From NCBI RefSeq assembly GCF_009914755.1, contig NC_060930.1: a DNA stretch of 64,000 nucleotides, one strand, 5' to 3'. The notes beneath the pieces are model-generated. The model ran no database searches and was not told the origin of the DNA. It worked only from the letters and a program-made list of their open reading frames with translations. A program made the translations under genes and the position numbers. Every line of letters begins with the position of its first letter. The stretch's first letter is position 1. This document shows positions 39,821-54,699 of the stretch, piece by piece. This stretch comes from the human T2T-CHM13v2.0 reference genome, Homo sapiens.

Positions 39821-42789
39821 GATCAATAAAGAGTTTATTTCAGGGGATTGGGGCAGTTCCTCTCACCCTGCAGATCAAGATGCCCTGAGGGCAAAGAGCA
39901 GAGGGGTGCTCTCTGGTGGCCCAGCAGTTCTGCCCCAGGGGAGAGGTTTCTCTTTTACTACCGCGAAAACCCACAGGACGCTGCTTCATCCCAGAGCCAA
40001 GGATACCAGGAAGGAAGGTCAGAGTGAGGAGGTGTCTGAGTGTTTCAGATCACACAGTGACATACTGCTTGATGGCTTCAGAAATCCTTCATGAGCTGGG
40101 AGACAGCCCCAGAGGTGACAGGTGAGTGGGTGGGATGGGACAGACACAAGAACTCTCGAGATGACACCCACTTTCTCCCGTGTGTTTATGTATGTCTGTG
40201 TGTGCACGTGCGTGTGTGTGTGTGTCTGTATTTGTGCATGAACGTTTGTATGTTTGTATGTGTGTGTCTGTGTGCCTGTGTGTGTGCATATGTGTGTGTG
40301 CCTGTGTAGTGTGTGTGTGAGACTGTGCATGCGACTGTGTGTGTTTGTGTGAGACTATGCATGCATGTCTCTCTGTGTGTGTGAGACCACATGTGCATAT
40401 CTCTATGTGTGTGTCTGTGTGTGTGTGGGAGTGTATGCTATATGTATATGTATGAATGGTGACTTGATTTCCTGTGAAGGGAGACAGGGACCCCAGGACA
40501 GGTTCCTGCCCACCCCTCCTTCCCTACCTTCCTTCCAGATATTCCCTCCTCCCTGTGGAAAGAGTCTACCCCAGTAACTAAGGGTTCATTACTGCAGACT
40601 TCTCATAGCTCCCCAAAGTTCTATGATATTTGCACCCCAGGCCTCCTCCTCATGCTTGTCCCTCTGCTGGGTGCCCTGTCTTCTCCTCCCACCTGGCCAC
40701 ACTGTATTCTTCCAGTTTCTACAAGAGCAGTCTGAAATGCCACCTCCCAAGAAACCTCCATGCAACTTCCCAAGCAGAATGAGTCACCCCCTCTTCTGCC
40801 CTTTCATAGCCCCAACCATCTCGAGGACAACACATCAGCAGCAGCAGCCACGTAGATGTTTGTTTCTGTACCTGGATTCTAAGTGCCTGAAGGACTGGAC
40901 ATATCTGGTTTCTAAGTTCCAGGAGGACTGGACACATCCATCACCCACGTGTAAACCCAGCACCTAGCACAGTGCCTGCCATACGATAGGGTTTAAGACG
41001 CATGGGAGGAATCTAATCATCAGACTACCAAAGGGCTGCTAGAACTCAGAAAGGGATCCCCATCATTTGGGGGATGGGATAAAGGTCTTCATTTCTGTTC
41101 TTTCCAGCACCAACCTCCATGGCTCCACTCATCCCTGCTCCTTCCTCCTATTAAGATTGGCTGGTCAGGAGAGGGGTAGGGGCAGGAGCAGCTATACCTG
41201 GTCTCCTCCACCATCCACGGTGGGGTGCACTCTTGGTGGGACCTGGTGAGCATGACAGCACCTGGGCCTAGGGGACCTGGAGCCTCCACAGACCCACAGA
41301 GAGCAAGAGGAGCTGTTCAGCCACTTGCAGAGACAGCCAGAGAGTGCTTCAAGGACTGCGTGGAGCTCTGGAGAAGCAGGGAATTCAGGGCCCTCTTTTG
41401 TGAGGCATGAGAAATTTAGGCAGGATCATGTCTACAAAAGAGGCTGTCACTTTGGCTTATCAATATTTTCACCTCGTTACCCCTTCCAGATCAGAATGGG
41501 TGCTTTATTTGTTTTTATGGATTATTGTGTCAACCAAAACGAGAGTTCAGAGTCACTCTAAAGATTTGAAACTCCTTCAAGATTTGATGAATGCGCATTT
41601 TGATGCCACATCTATTTTTAGAAAGCTGTGGCTGAATAAAGCATTTTATTGTATAGCATTACCCAAGTTACTTATATGGAATTTTAATCTACATAATGTC
41701 ATACAACCATGTGAAAAGTAAAAACTAAAAAGCCGTAACTTTTTGGGTCAGAATTGGTGACTCATGCCTGTAATCCCAGAACTTTGGAAGGCCAATGTTG
41801 GAGGAACACTTGAGGCTAGGAGTTGGAGATCAGCCATGGCAAGTAACATGGTGAGACCCTGTCTCTACAGAAAATTTAAAAAATTGACCAGGTGTAGTAG
41901 GATGTGACTGTAGTCCCAGCTCCTCAGGAGGCTAAGGTAGGAGGATCACTTGAGCCTGGGTGACAGTGTGAGAGCCTGTCTCAAAGAAAACAACAACAAT
42001 TGCAGCAGAAACAACAACAAAAAATATAAACCCAAGTAAACTAAATTGACAGAAGAATTGTGGGACCCAAATGACCAAATAATGTGATTTTTCACTTTTG
42101 ATGAATTAAAGGGTATGCTGAGTGCCAGTATTCCCAGAATGTTCCATCTCATGAAATATGATTTCCTCTGGTGAACCCACTCCCTAGTCCAGGTCCTCCG
42201 AGAAGCAGGTTCCTACATGGGTTTCACATGAGGGGATTTCATTGGTGCAAACCCTGTGAGAACCGTTCAGTAGGAGGCAATTCTGACCCCAAGTGCAGGA
42301 GGGAGGGACAGGAGGTTGGGCAGGTGCCTCCTACACTACAGTGAATGGTGCTGGGACAACTGGATGCTGCATGCAGAAGAATGAGGCTGACCCCTTCCTT
42401 ACAGCACACACAAAAACTAGTTCTAGATGAATGGCAGATGTTCACCTAAGACATGAAACTATGAAAGTCTCAGAAGAAAGCAGAGCAGTAAATTTTTGTG
42501 ACCCCGGATTTGGCTAATGCTTCTTAAGTACTGTATGCCAGTAGCATAAATGACAAAATAAAAGGTAGTTTAATTTCATTTCATGCAAATGTAAAACTTT
42601 TGTGCTTCAAAAAGGACTCCATTTAGGTTAAAAAAATCCTTATAGAATGAGAGAAAGCATTTGAAAATCGTATATCTAGTAAGGGACTGGTATCCTGAAT
42701 ACATAAAGAACTCTTGCAACCCAACATTATAAAGCAAAATAACCCAATTTAAATATATGCAAAGAATTCAAAAAGATGTTTCTCCAAAG

Positions 42790-43381
42790 TGAGACAGGTA
42801 TAATACAGTGTGGTCACAAAAGAAGAAAAAAACTTTAGGCAGCAGTTTCAGGTGACTAGCAAAAGGAATCTGTTGAAATATCTGCAGAGGCTCTGGGCTG
42901 ATAAGACCCTAAAAGACAGGGTATGGACCAGGCTGGCTAAGAATGAGTGGACCCAACATGGCCCTGGGTTTGGCCTCGGTTTCACCTAGGACCCTATTAT
43001 ACACTAATTGACATACTAAACGCACACACACCAGCGTCTTGGCAATTCAGAGAACACCAATATTTGGTGTAAAAATGGGTGGCACCACAGTTCTGAGCAG
43101 TCTCCACCTTCTTTTAGGAATTTTCATGAATATTCCACCCCTTGTTAAAGAAACCCAGAAAGGTGGCAGCCCTAAACCCCCTTGCACCTGCCTCTCTCTT
43201 GAGTTCCCCTGCATTCCCTTTACATGAGTGTGTACTTTCCCTTTTACAAAAAAATCTCCGTCCTTTCTCTATTTTCCTACTGGTCCTAGAATTCATTTCC
43301 CCAGGCGGTGTCAAGAGCCCGACACCGGCTGGGGTCGAGGTCTCATCAGAGTTTGGGGACCACCGGTTGCCCACTGGCATC
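42790..43381 (+). mobile_element. MER41-family LTR (copy B)
   Basis: TGAGACAGGTATAATACAG start; paralog of copies A and C. Confidence 0.75.
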
Positions 43382-46300
43382 GGAAGAAGAATGCAAATGG
43401 CAGTGAGCCCAGGAAAAGGTGCTCAGTGTCCACAGACCTCAGGGAAATGCCAACAGCACCCACAAGGGGACGCCTCACCCCGCTGGAATGGGTGACCCCA
43501 AACACTGTGAGGCTGGAGGGGGTGGGGCCTGCGTTCCTTACAAGGCAGAGAGCAGGAGACTGAGAGTTGGTGGAGTGTAGGGCTGTTCCTGTGTCATCCT
43601 CTTCCCATTTTCCTGGCGGAGGTTTCTCTTTGTTCTCTGGCCCTACCTGCTTCCTTCCTCTCCCTTTCTCTGGTTCTCCCTCCCGTCCTTCATTTCCAAC
43701 CATCCCAAGGTTTTCTCTGCCTCAAGACGTCCATGCTCGGGGCCCCCAGCCCAGTGGAGAAACCAGGAGCCCTGGACCGCGAGCGGCGGGGTCGGGGAGG
43801 CGACAACGGGAAGCCCCTGTTGGATCCTGGGCACTCAGGACCTAGTGCGCCATGGGCGCCCTCCCGCAGCAGCCCCAGGGCAAGGAGGATGGGGGTCCTC
43901 GTGGGGGCCACACTGTCGGATCCCCAGGGATCCGAGCGGGACTGTGACGTCTCCACACTGAGCCGGTGGCAAAGTCGCCGCGAGGATGAAGGAGGAACCT
44001 CGTGCTCTTCACCCCACCAGGCCCCGCATTTCCTGTCTCCTGCCACGGTTCCTTGTCGCGACCGGCGAGTCCTCCCAGGTCTTCGAAAGGCCGTTTTGTC
44101 CGGAGGCTGTGGACCCGGAGGCCCGGGAGCATCGGCGGGCAGCGTGGCACCCACTCGGCGGTCTCAACCGGGCAGGACCCGGGTCCGGAGCTCGGGCGAA
44201 GCGGGCGTCCTGGGAGGAGCGCGCAGAACCCGGAGAGGACGCAGCAGGGTGAAAACTGAAACCGCATATGCGAACTGTCTCCGAAAGTCATCTGCGGTTG
44301 AAATCAGAAATCACCTATAATATCCCCTTTGTGACAACACCGTTGGGTAAATATCTAGAACCGGTGCCTCGTCACTGCAGCAGCCCCGCACGCAGCTGCC
44401 CGGGTTCCCCTCCCCGGACCCTAGTGGCCCCCAACAGATCAGGCGGGCCCACCGTGTGACCGTCCCTGGGACTCTCGGCCCCACTCTTACTTACTACTTC
44501 ACCTCCACATTTTCACCTGTTTCAGAATCAAAACCCTGAAAAGTCATGTGTGAAAGGCTCCCCCGCCCCTGCCTGCGTCCACTCTCATTGGCCACACGCC
44601 AGGGAGGAAAGTTTATTTGATTCTTCTCATCTTTCCAGGGAGTCTTTATGCCGTTTCAAACGAATATAAATACATATTCTCAATTCAGACGCGGATATTT
44701 TTGACCCTTGATGAACCCTGTCACCCTGTCCTTCAGGAAGCCTGTACCAGTTTCCCCTCCCTCTACGGTGGATGTTTCACCATCCTCTGCCCAAGCTGGG
44801 TCATCACAATCACAGACAAGAGTGTCGCCAGCATTGCCATCCTATGACATGAGATGCTTTAAAGGTGCATTACTTCGCACAGCAATTCTGTGTCTGGAAA
44901 TCTATTCTACACAATGAAATTGTGATTCATGCAAGCACAGTTTCTGCAGCATTTCGCTTCTCTAAAAGTCACTGGAGACCGTCTGGATCTTCAGACACAG
45001 ACACTGGTTACTTTTGTTGTGATGCAGTCATTCTATGTAATGTGCAGAGATAAAAAGGAAAAAATCTGTATGTGCAGGTATTGCAAGATCTTCAAAGTGT
45101 GTTATTTTGAGATAGAATCTGTGTTCAGCAGAGTGCCTATGGGTTTATATTTGTTTTAAAAACCAGAATTGATACATAAACACGTATCTACTGTTAGTAA
45201 GGAAAACAGTATTTCCATAACTTATTGCCAGTCTCTTTATCCATTTTAGGAAAAATCGATATACTTGAAAAGCCACGGTGGCAGGAATTGGTCATCACCC
45301 ACCAGGATTCTACACTGCCCTACAGGTGATCCCAACTGAGGTTGCCAGAGGAACAGGATGTGGAATGCAGTCGCGTTTCAGAGAGGAACCTAAAGTCAGA
45401 ATGGACCAGGGGTCTTGCCCTGACCTCTGCCTCTTCACCCAACCCCCACCTGGTCAGGCAGTGACCCTGGAGGGGCTGGGATGATCCTGGGAGAGCAGTG
45501 AAATGGGGAGCCAATGGTGGGAGCATGGTGAACATGGAGAGCCCAGACCCCACACCATCTGGGGAGGAGCTCATGTGATGCTGGGAGCACTGGGAAGACA
45601 GGGAGCCTGGACACAGCACTCACTGCTCCTCCCATCTGGGACAGGATTGGGGTGGGTGATGAGAAAAGTTTCCTGAGTAACACAGTTCCCAATCCTGGCA
45701 GAATAACTCACCCCAGTTGCACTCACAGCCAAGACCCACTCAGCCCCTGGACCAGTCTAACACAGGGCTTGGTAAATCCAGGAGTGAATACTACTGAGGC
45801 ATCTGCCAGGGCATAGGAAACAGTAACAAGAGGACGGCTCAGCTAGTGGCTCAGACTATCTTGCCCCACACTCTCCAATATTGAGTAGGGAGTAAGCCTT
45901 GAGCCCAGGAGGTTGAGGATTCAGTGAATTATGATCGTGCCACTGCACTCCAGACTGGTGACAGAGTAAGAGTCTGTCACACATGCTTACACACACAAAT
46001 TAAATTGTGTGAGCAGTTGTCACACAGGGAGATCTGGATGCACTCACTGTGGACCCAGGTCTCAGCGAGCAGGAGGGTGTTCTGTATTGTGGGAACATGA
46101 GGGACACGCATGGGACCGGGCATTTGTGCCTAGCTTTGAAGGGTGGCTGGCCCTTTGCCCAGGGCGAAGAGGCCAGCAGAATGCACTAACAGTGGGGAAC
46201 CACCAGGAACTTTCACTTGAACCTGCTCTGCTGAGCCCCCTGTGCCATCCGTGGACCTGGGCGAGGGAGGCTGCTGAACTGGGAGCTCAGGGCCCATCTC

Positions 46301-46582
46301 TCTGAGGAGCTTTCTAAATCAGCAAGTGTGTCACAGGTTGAGATTTTAGGAACGGGGTCCTCCATGTTGTCCTCGATTTTAATAAGTAGACTCTTTTGGC
46401 CAATCTGCATTGGGCAGAGCAGGAACAAGACATAATTTTTTAATATATATTTTTAAAGCTGTTTAATTTTGGTAAAAACATAGAAGATAAAATTTACCAT
46501 CTTGACCAGTTGTTTAGTGCACAATATGTTGTTTTAAACCTCTGGAACCCTGCCTGCTGCTCCTGTAATAAAACCTAGCCCG

Positions 46583-47900
<1,318 letters not shown>

Positions 47901-50409
47901 CAGCCACAGGCCTGCTCTGCTCTCACCCGCTCTCCACCACACAAACCCTCCAGCGCCCCCAGGGCTGCGTGCCCTTGAATTTTTCCCTGCACTTTCCTGT
48001 AGACACTCACCTGCACCCAGGGGCTCAGCAGACAACCGCCACCCCTCCCCTCACCATCCACTGCCACCACCCAGGTCACGTCCTCTTACTGCCCACCTCA
48101 GCCCAGCTGGTCACCCCAGAGGTCTCCCCATCCATGAAGGGGACCTCACCACCTCCTACACCACGTCGCACCTTCTGCCTCTTGCCTGAGGACACACCCC
48201 AGCAAACACACCCCAAGCTCCCCTCAGAACCTGTGCAGGGGGGATGGGAAGCACCATTTCCTCCAGGATGACCCTGGGAACTCTGGTGAGTAGAGGCACC
48301 CACTTCTGCCCTTGGGGCCCAGACCGCCTGTTCTTCCTACGGGGGTGTCAGCGTCATAGAGAATAGTCACTGTGTAGACAGGGGTCAGCAAACTCTTTCT
48401 AGAAAGGGAGGAAGGATGCCCTGTGATCTTTGCAGGCCGTGGGTTCTCCGTCTCAGTGTCCAGTCCTGTCCCTTTGTAGAGCAACAGCAGGCAATGGCAA
48501 CCTTCAAATAGGGGGGACCAGATTTGGACCCTGTCCTAGGTTGCTGATCCCAGATCAGGGGATTACAATGTCCCAGTGAATAGTGCCCCATCCCCTATGG
48601 TGTCATCTCCAAGTGATGTCTCTGATGTCAGTTGGAGAGTAGAAGGTGGTCCTACCTTGTCTGTGGCTTCTGGGTGGTGTGGATGTGATGGGAGTGGGGG
48701 TCCCATAGTTGGGGGCTTATTCTCCCCTCCTTTGTGCTGAGTGGCATCCACGGGGACCATCAGGTACCCTCCCTGAAGCCTCAGGTGTGAGCTGAGGGTG
48801 AGGGGGTGCAGCCACGTGGTGTCCTGGGGATCGGGTCCAACTGCTTGTGCAGCTTCTTGGTTCCCGGTGGCCCTGCTCCTGCCCATCCCAGAAGAACCAC
48901 CTGCGTCTTCTCACTGCTGGGCCTAACTTCCTAATGACCTAGAGGGTGAGGAGCCCACCAGTAATGGGCAGCTCTGAGGCCTTCAGCAATAGGCATCCCT
49001 AAGCTTCATTCCATTCTGGTGCCTTGTCATGGGCCTTCTTTATATGCATGGCAAAAGGCCCCATCTCTGCCAAGGTGCAGTACTCTACAGGAGCCACTGC
49101 TTAATGTTGCGATTTCCTTGCTGTGAGTGGCATTGCCTTGTCTCTGAATATTCACATGGAATCTCTGTTGTGATTCTCCAATTAGACATTGTGACCACAT
49201 GTACCTCTAGGGTCTTAGGGGGTCTTGGGTCATTGGGCACTTAAGGTAGGTCCAGCCTCGCTCATCATGCATGGATTGTCTATGGCTGCTTTTGAACTTC
49301 AACAGCAGAGTTGAGTAGTTACAATGGAGAATATATTCCCTGCACACCTTTACATGTTTACAAAATTGCCCTTCACAGCAAACTCTACTGGCCATAAATA
49401 TCTTTGGAGAAGGCCACAAGGACTCACTGTCCTGGCTGCAGGGTTAAAGGGTCCTTCCTCACTAGAAACTGGTGTCTTCTTCTAGTCATGGGTTCAGGGT
49501 CTGAGAAGTGGCTTCATTCTGCAAATTAGGCAAAGCAGCCTCGTTCTTGATGGACTGGCTACTTTCAGCCTCCTGATTTGGTTTATCTCTGTTTCTTGTA
49601 ATTATTTAAATCCAGCAGTATCTGGGGTGGGTTTGCATCTCTTTTGGACCTTGGACCCCTTTGTTCTATGAGCCATGGGCATAACTTTGTATAACTGAGG
49701 TCCCCAGCTGGCATTGTGACTTCTCTAATCATTTCCATCATTGCACCCTCCTTGCTCCTGACAGTTGACAGCCTCCACCTGGAATTTGGAATTTCAGAAT
49801 TGTTCATCCCATTACTCTGGGAGCAGATTTCAGGAACAGCATCTCCTACCCCCAACCCTGGCCTTCAGCAATAGGCATCCCTAAGCTTCATTCCATTCTG
49901 GTGCCTTCTCATGGGGCCTTCTTTATATGCTGGGTAAACAGGAGTCCTCCAGGTTTCCCATAAGCACAGTGGATGGACATTGTTCTGGATTTTCACACTT
50001 AGACCCCTCTGGCATGGGCACTTCTCTGAGCCTGTGATCTCTCCCTCCACTACCTGCCTTAGACTTTCAGATTTTCCATTTCTTGCTGTGTGGACCATCT
50101 CTTTGTCCAAGGTTTCAGGAAGGCCTCCTCATAGCAGATGCATGCCATCACCAGGGGCTTTGCCAACATGTTAAATCCTGTGGCCATGATAATTAACTCT
50201 TCTTTATCCAACGGGGTTCCATCCTCACTCTGTTCAACCAGCACCAGCATCCACAGGGGTGGACCCACACCCTCTCCCACCTCCCGCAGTCCACGTGGGC
50301 TACTGCTGAAGATCCTCTGCCATCCAGGCCCTTCCTCCTCTCTTGCTAGAGAGGCCTGGCACCTTTCTAGCAAGGTCACGTGTTGACTGATGTGGGCAGA
50401 GGGGCAGTG

Positions 50410-50431
50410 GGACATGTCTGGGGACATGTGG
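50410..50431 (+). promoter_or_regulatory. Candidate p53 response element in ULBP2 intron 1
   Basis: GGACATGTCT-gg-GGACATGTGG: one perfect RRRCWWGYYY half-site and one with 2 mismatches. Confidence 0.5.
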
Positions 50432-50650
50432 TTTCTCAGCAGACAGAGACTTCCTCCTCCTCCTCCTCCTTGTCCTCATGCAAGGGGCGAGCACTCGCCT
50501 TAAACTTGTAGACACCACAGTTCTGGAGGGGGCACTCCTTCCTGGGCCAGCCCAGCCTGCCAGAGGCATCCTCTTATTGACACAGCGTGGAGGGGGGCTA
50601 ACTAGGGGTCTTTTCCTCCCCACCCACCCCTCACCTGCCTTTCTCCACAG

Positions 50651-50914
50651 ACCCTCACTCTCTTTGCTATGACATCACCGTCATCCCTAAGTTCAGACCT
50701 GGACCACGGTGGTGTGCGGTTCAAGGCCAGGTGGATGAAAAGACTTTTCTTCACTATGACTGTGGCAACAAGACAGTCACACCTGTCAGTCCCCTGGGGA
50801 AGAAACTAAATGTCACAACGGCCTGGAAAGCACAGAACCCAGTACTGAGAGAGGTGGTGGACATACTTACAGAGCAACTGCGTGACATTCAGCTGGAGAA
50901 TTACACACCCAAGG
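50651..50914 (+). CDS. ULBP2: ULBP2 coding exon 2, alpha1 domain
   Basis: TTCTCCACAG acceptor, GTAAGT donor, 264 nt, DPHSLCYDIT...ENYTPK. Confidence 0.97.
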
Positions 50915-51002
50915 GTAAGTTTCAGATGGCCCAGGACAGCAGGGAACAGATACAGTGGTAGGTTAGAGGCATTTATAGTTTTCATGTAAAAATACAAAAG
51001 GG

Positions 51003-51565
<563 letters not shown>

Positions 51566-51714
51566 TACAAATGGGAAGGTCATCATACCCCTCAAGAGTC
51601 TAGAGGCAAGGCCAAGATGTAGCAGAGAGAGTAAGGCCAGCAAATTGTAAGGGGAACAGGATGGGGGTGCAAAATTTGTCAAGATCAGAGCTGATCTCTC
51701 TCTGATGGGGGCAG

Positions 51715-51996
51715 AACCCCTCACCCTGCAGGCCAGGATGTCTTGTGAGCAGAAAGCTGAAGGACACAGCAGTGGATCTTGGCAGTTCAGTTTCGATGGG
51801 CAGATCTTCCTCCTCTTTGACTCAGAGAAGAGAATGTGGACAACGGTTCATCCTGGAGCCAGAAAGATGAAAGAAAAGTGGGAGAATGACAAGGTTGTGG
51901 CCATGTCCTTCCATTACTTCTCAATGGGAGACTGTATAGGATGGCTTGAGGACTTCTTGATGGGCATGGACAGCACCCTGGAGCCAAGTGCAGGAG
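51715..51996 (+). CDS. ULBP2: ULBP2 coding exon 3, alpha2 domain
   Basis: 282 nt, AG/GT bounded; inside track ORF 51705..52046. Confidence 0.97.
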
Positions 51997-52662
51997 GTAA
52001 CAGGAGAAAAAGAAACGGGGATCTCAAATGTGATCAGAAATGGTGACCTCAAGAAGTTAGTTCTTGAGTTCAGCTTCAATCATCCCAGTATACACATTCA
52101 CGTTAAAATGACCTCCTCGTGGGGCGCTCCTCCTGGGGTTACTGGCATGCCTGTGCTCTCCCACCGTCCTCTTCCTTCTCCCTCCTGACTCCTATTCCTC
52201 ACTGCACTTGCTCCTGCTCCCCGCCCTGTGGATTTCTCACCAGCCTTGAAACTGCAGGTGTCACTGTTTTCAGACCTTTTTCCTTAGTGTTTCCTCTTTT
52301 GAGAATCACTTTTCCTTTCCTTTCCCTGGTCTGGTTCTGGAAATCCATCAAAACCACTTCCAACGCCAGCCCAGAGATCCTCCCCTCCCCAACTCTGGGG
52401 CATCACCTCCTCTTCCCCCACAGCAGGAGGGTGGGGTGTGTTGTCACCTTGCTTCCCTCAGCAGCTGTGTGAGCTCCCTGAGGACAAGACTCACCCCGTC
52501 TCCCTTCCTAAGCCAGGACCTGTCATACTGGCTGCCCCACACCAGGGGGGAGAGGACAAAACTTTTGCCTTCCAGGATGACCTAGGGTGGCAGGAACTGA
52601 GGAGGTGTCTCCTCAGATTTGGGGCCTGGACAAGGGTTGTCACTTTTGTGTTTCCATTTCAG

Positions 52663-52772
52663 CACCACTCGCCATGTCCTCAGGCACAACCCAACTCAGG
52701 GCCACAGCCACCACCCTCATCCTTTGCTGCCTCCTCATCATCCTCCCCTGCTTCATCCTCCCTGGCATCTGA
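52663..52772 (+). CDS. ULBP2: ULBP2 coding exon 4, GPI-anchor signal (APLAMSSG...ILPCFILPGI*)
   Basis: CATTTCAG acceptor; total CDS 741 nt = 246 aa + stop; exon continues to a donor after 52794. Confidence 0.96.
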
Positions 52773-54065
52773 GGAGAGTCCTTTAGAGTGACAGGTACTG
52801 TGGGCAGAATTGGAAGTGGAGCAAGGAGCAGGTGGGTGAGGAGGCAGGATGGGGAAAGAGAATTCCCGGAGTCCCGCCCCTCCCCGTGGCTGGGACCTTC
52901 TCATCCTAACATGAGACAGGTGAATGAGACCTTGTGTTGCCTGTTGGCAATGTTGGCAATGACCTGGGCAGCTCAGCCCTGAGTTCTGATGGATTCTCAC
53001 CTTCAGAGTCCAGAGGGAAAGGGAGGGGCCCATACCAAGGCTCAGGGTCTGTTGAGCTTGAGAAGGTTTAGCAAGTTCAGGCCTGATTCAGAGCAGGTTC
53101 CTATTCAGGAAGGGTGTGTGGCCTGCAGGCAGCAGGAATTCAGACATGGGCAGTCCTCTTAATTGGGTTAGGTGCATCATGGTAGCTTTACATGAGGTGT
53201 GACAGGGGAAGGGGGATTCCATCTCTGAGGCTAAGAGAGATCTGGGTGTAATCCCAGGAGGAGGGGGCTGGGAGAACCTTGGTACACCTAATTGAAAAGG
53301 AGGGAGTGCAGGGCTGCCTTCCCACAGAAAGTGGCTTGGGTTCCAGGAATTAAGGTGGAAGGTGAAGAGTAGAGGCTGCTCAAGAGAAGGATTTTTAAAA
53401 AGTCAGTCCCATGGACATGTGCAGCTCGAGTCTGGGCCCTGAGGCAGCTCCCCTGCCATCATCCTCCTGCACACCCCAGATCCTGAGCCCACTGATGGCC
53501 CTGCCTGGAGCAGAGTGGACTCAGAGGAAGGGGGGTCTGAGCTGCTGCTGGGGTTCCACAGGCACCACTGGGCTGGACAAGGAATTGATAAGGTGGAACA
53601 GGGACAGTCACCTTCAGAGCAATGGGTGCTGCTCCCAGTGTGAGGAGAGGCTCAAGAAGAAGGGGAAAGAAGGATGTTTGCCTGCAGGCCCACCAAAGGC
53701 CAAGGGCACAGGAATATGGAGCCCTCTTTTTGGAAGTCTGCCCCACCCCTTGCCTGTTTTAGGCCTTCACATCAGATCATAGAGAGGGCCTTGAGTGAGG
53801 GCGCGGACCCATCACTACCAGCTTCAGACCTGCAGGCCCCTCCACTCCATCCCCTGGTCAGGTGCAGGGCCTGGGCTGACTCTGTGATGTGACAGAGGAG
53901 GAAAGAGGTAGGTCCAAGCTGCAGTCGCCAGGGTTGAGGCTCAAGGGAAAAATAGGTCCCTTAGTGCAGGGGGCTCTGAGACATAGAGTGACTAGGGAAA
54001 GATTACCCTGGAAAAGTGATCCGGGTTCTCTGCCCCTTAAACCAACATTTGTGTCCTTTCTGAAG

Positions 54066-54580
54066 GTTAAAGCTGATACCAAAAGGCTCCTGTGAGCACG
54101 GTCTTGATCAAACTCGCCCTTCTGTCTGGCCAGCTGCCCACGACCTACGGTGTATGTCCAGTGGCCTCCAGCAGATCATGATGACATCATGGACCCAATA
54201 GCTCATTCACTGCCTTGATTCCTTTTGCCAACAATTTTACCAGCAGTTATACCTAACATATTATGCAATTTTCTCTTGGTGCTACCTGATGGAATTCCTG
54301 CACTTAAAGTTCTGGCTGACTAAACAAGATATATCATTTTCTTTCTTCTCTTTTTGTTTGGAAAATCAAGTACTTCTTTGAATGATGATCTCTTTCTTGC
54401 AAATGATATTGTCAGTAAAATAATCACGTTAGACTTCAGACCTCTGGGGATTCTTTCCGTGTCCTGAAAGAGAATTTTTAAATTATTTAATAAGAAAAAA
54501 TTTATATTAATGATTGTTTCCTTTAGTAATTTATTGTTCTGTACTGATATTTAAATAAAGAGTTCTATTTCCCAAAAACC
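54066..54580 (+). other. ULBP2: ULBP2 non-coding last exon (3'UTR) with miR-34 seed match, AU-rich tract and poly(A) signal
   Basis: TTTCTGAAG acceptor; CACTGCC at 54208-54214; several ATTTA at 54480-54555; AATAAA at 54554-54559 and a second at 54656-54661; 3' end approximate. Confidence 0.8.
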
Positions 54581-54699
54581 TACGGTGTTTAGAATTTTGT
54601 TGTATTACTCAGTAGGGAATTAATGTTATTTCATTTTTCCTCCATGATATGGAGTAATAAATGAGTGATTCTACCAGATTTTGTGTGGAAAAAGAGAAT

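Larger units (their letters stand above)
39570..45720 (+). repeat. Third, gene-less copy of the ULBP downstream block
   Basis: Direct paralog of 55730-61665 and inverted paralog of 15840-19680. Confidence 0.88.

Noticed and set aside
43690-44320. 150-200 aa ORFs in the CpG-rich duplicated block (also 59776..60387)
   Set aside because: Frames differ among copies; expected from composition
52770-52794. ULBP2 stop upstream of an intron as a nonsense-mediated decay trigger
   Set aside because: Only 22 nt from the last junction, under the 50-55 nt threshold
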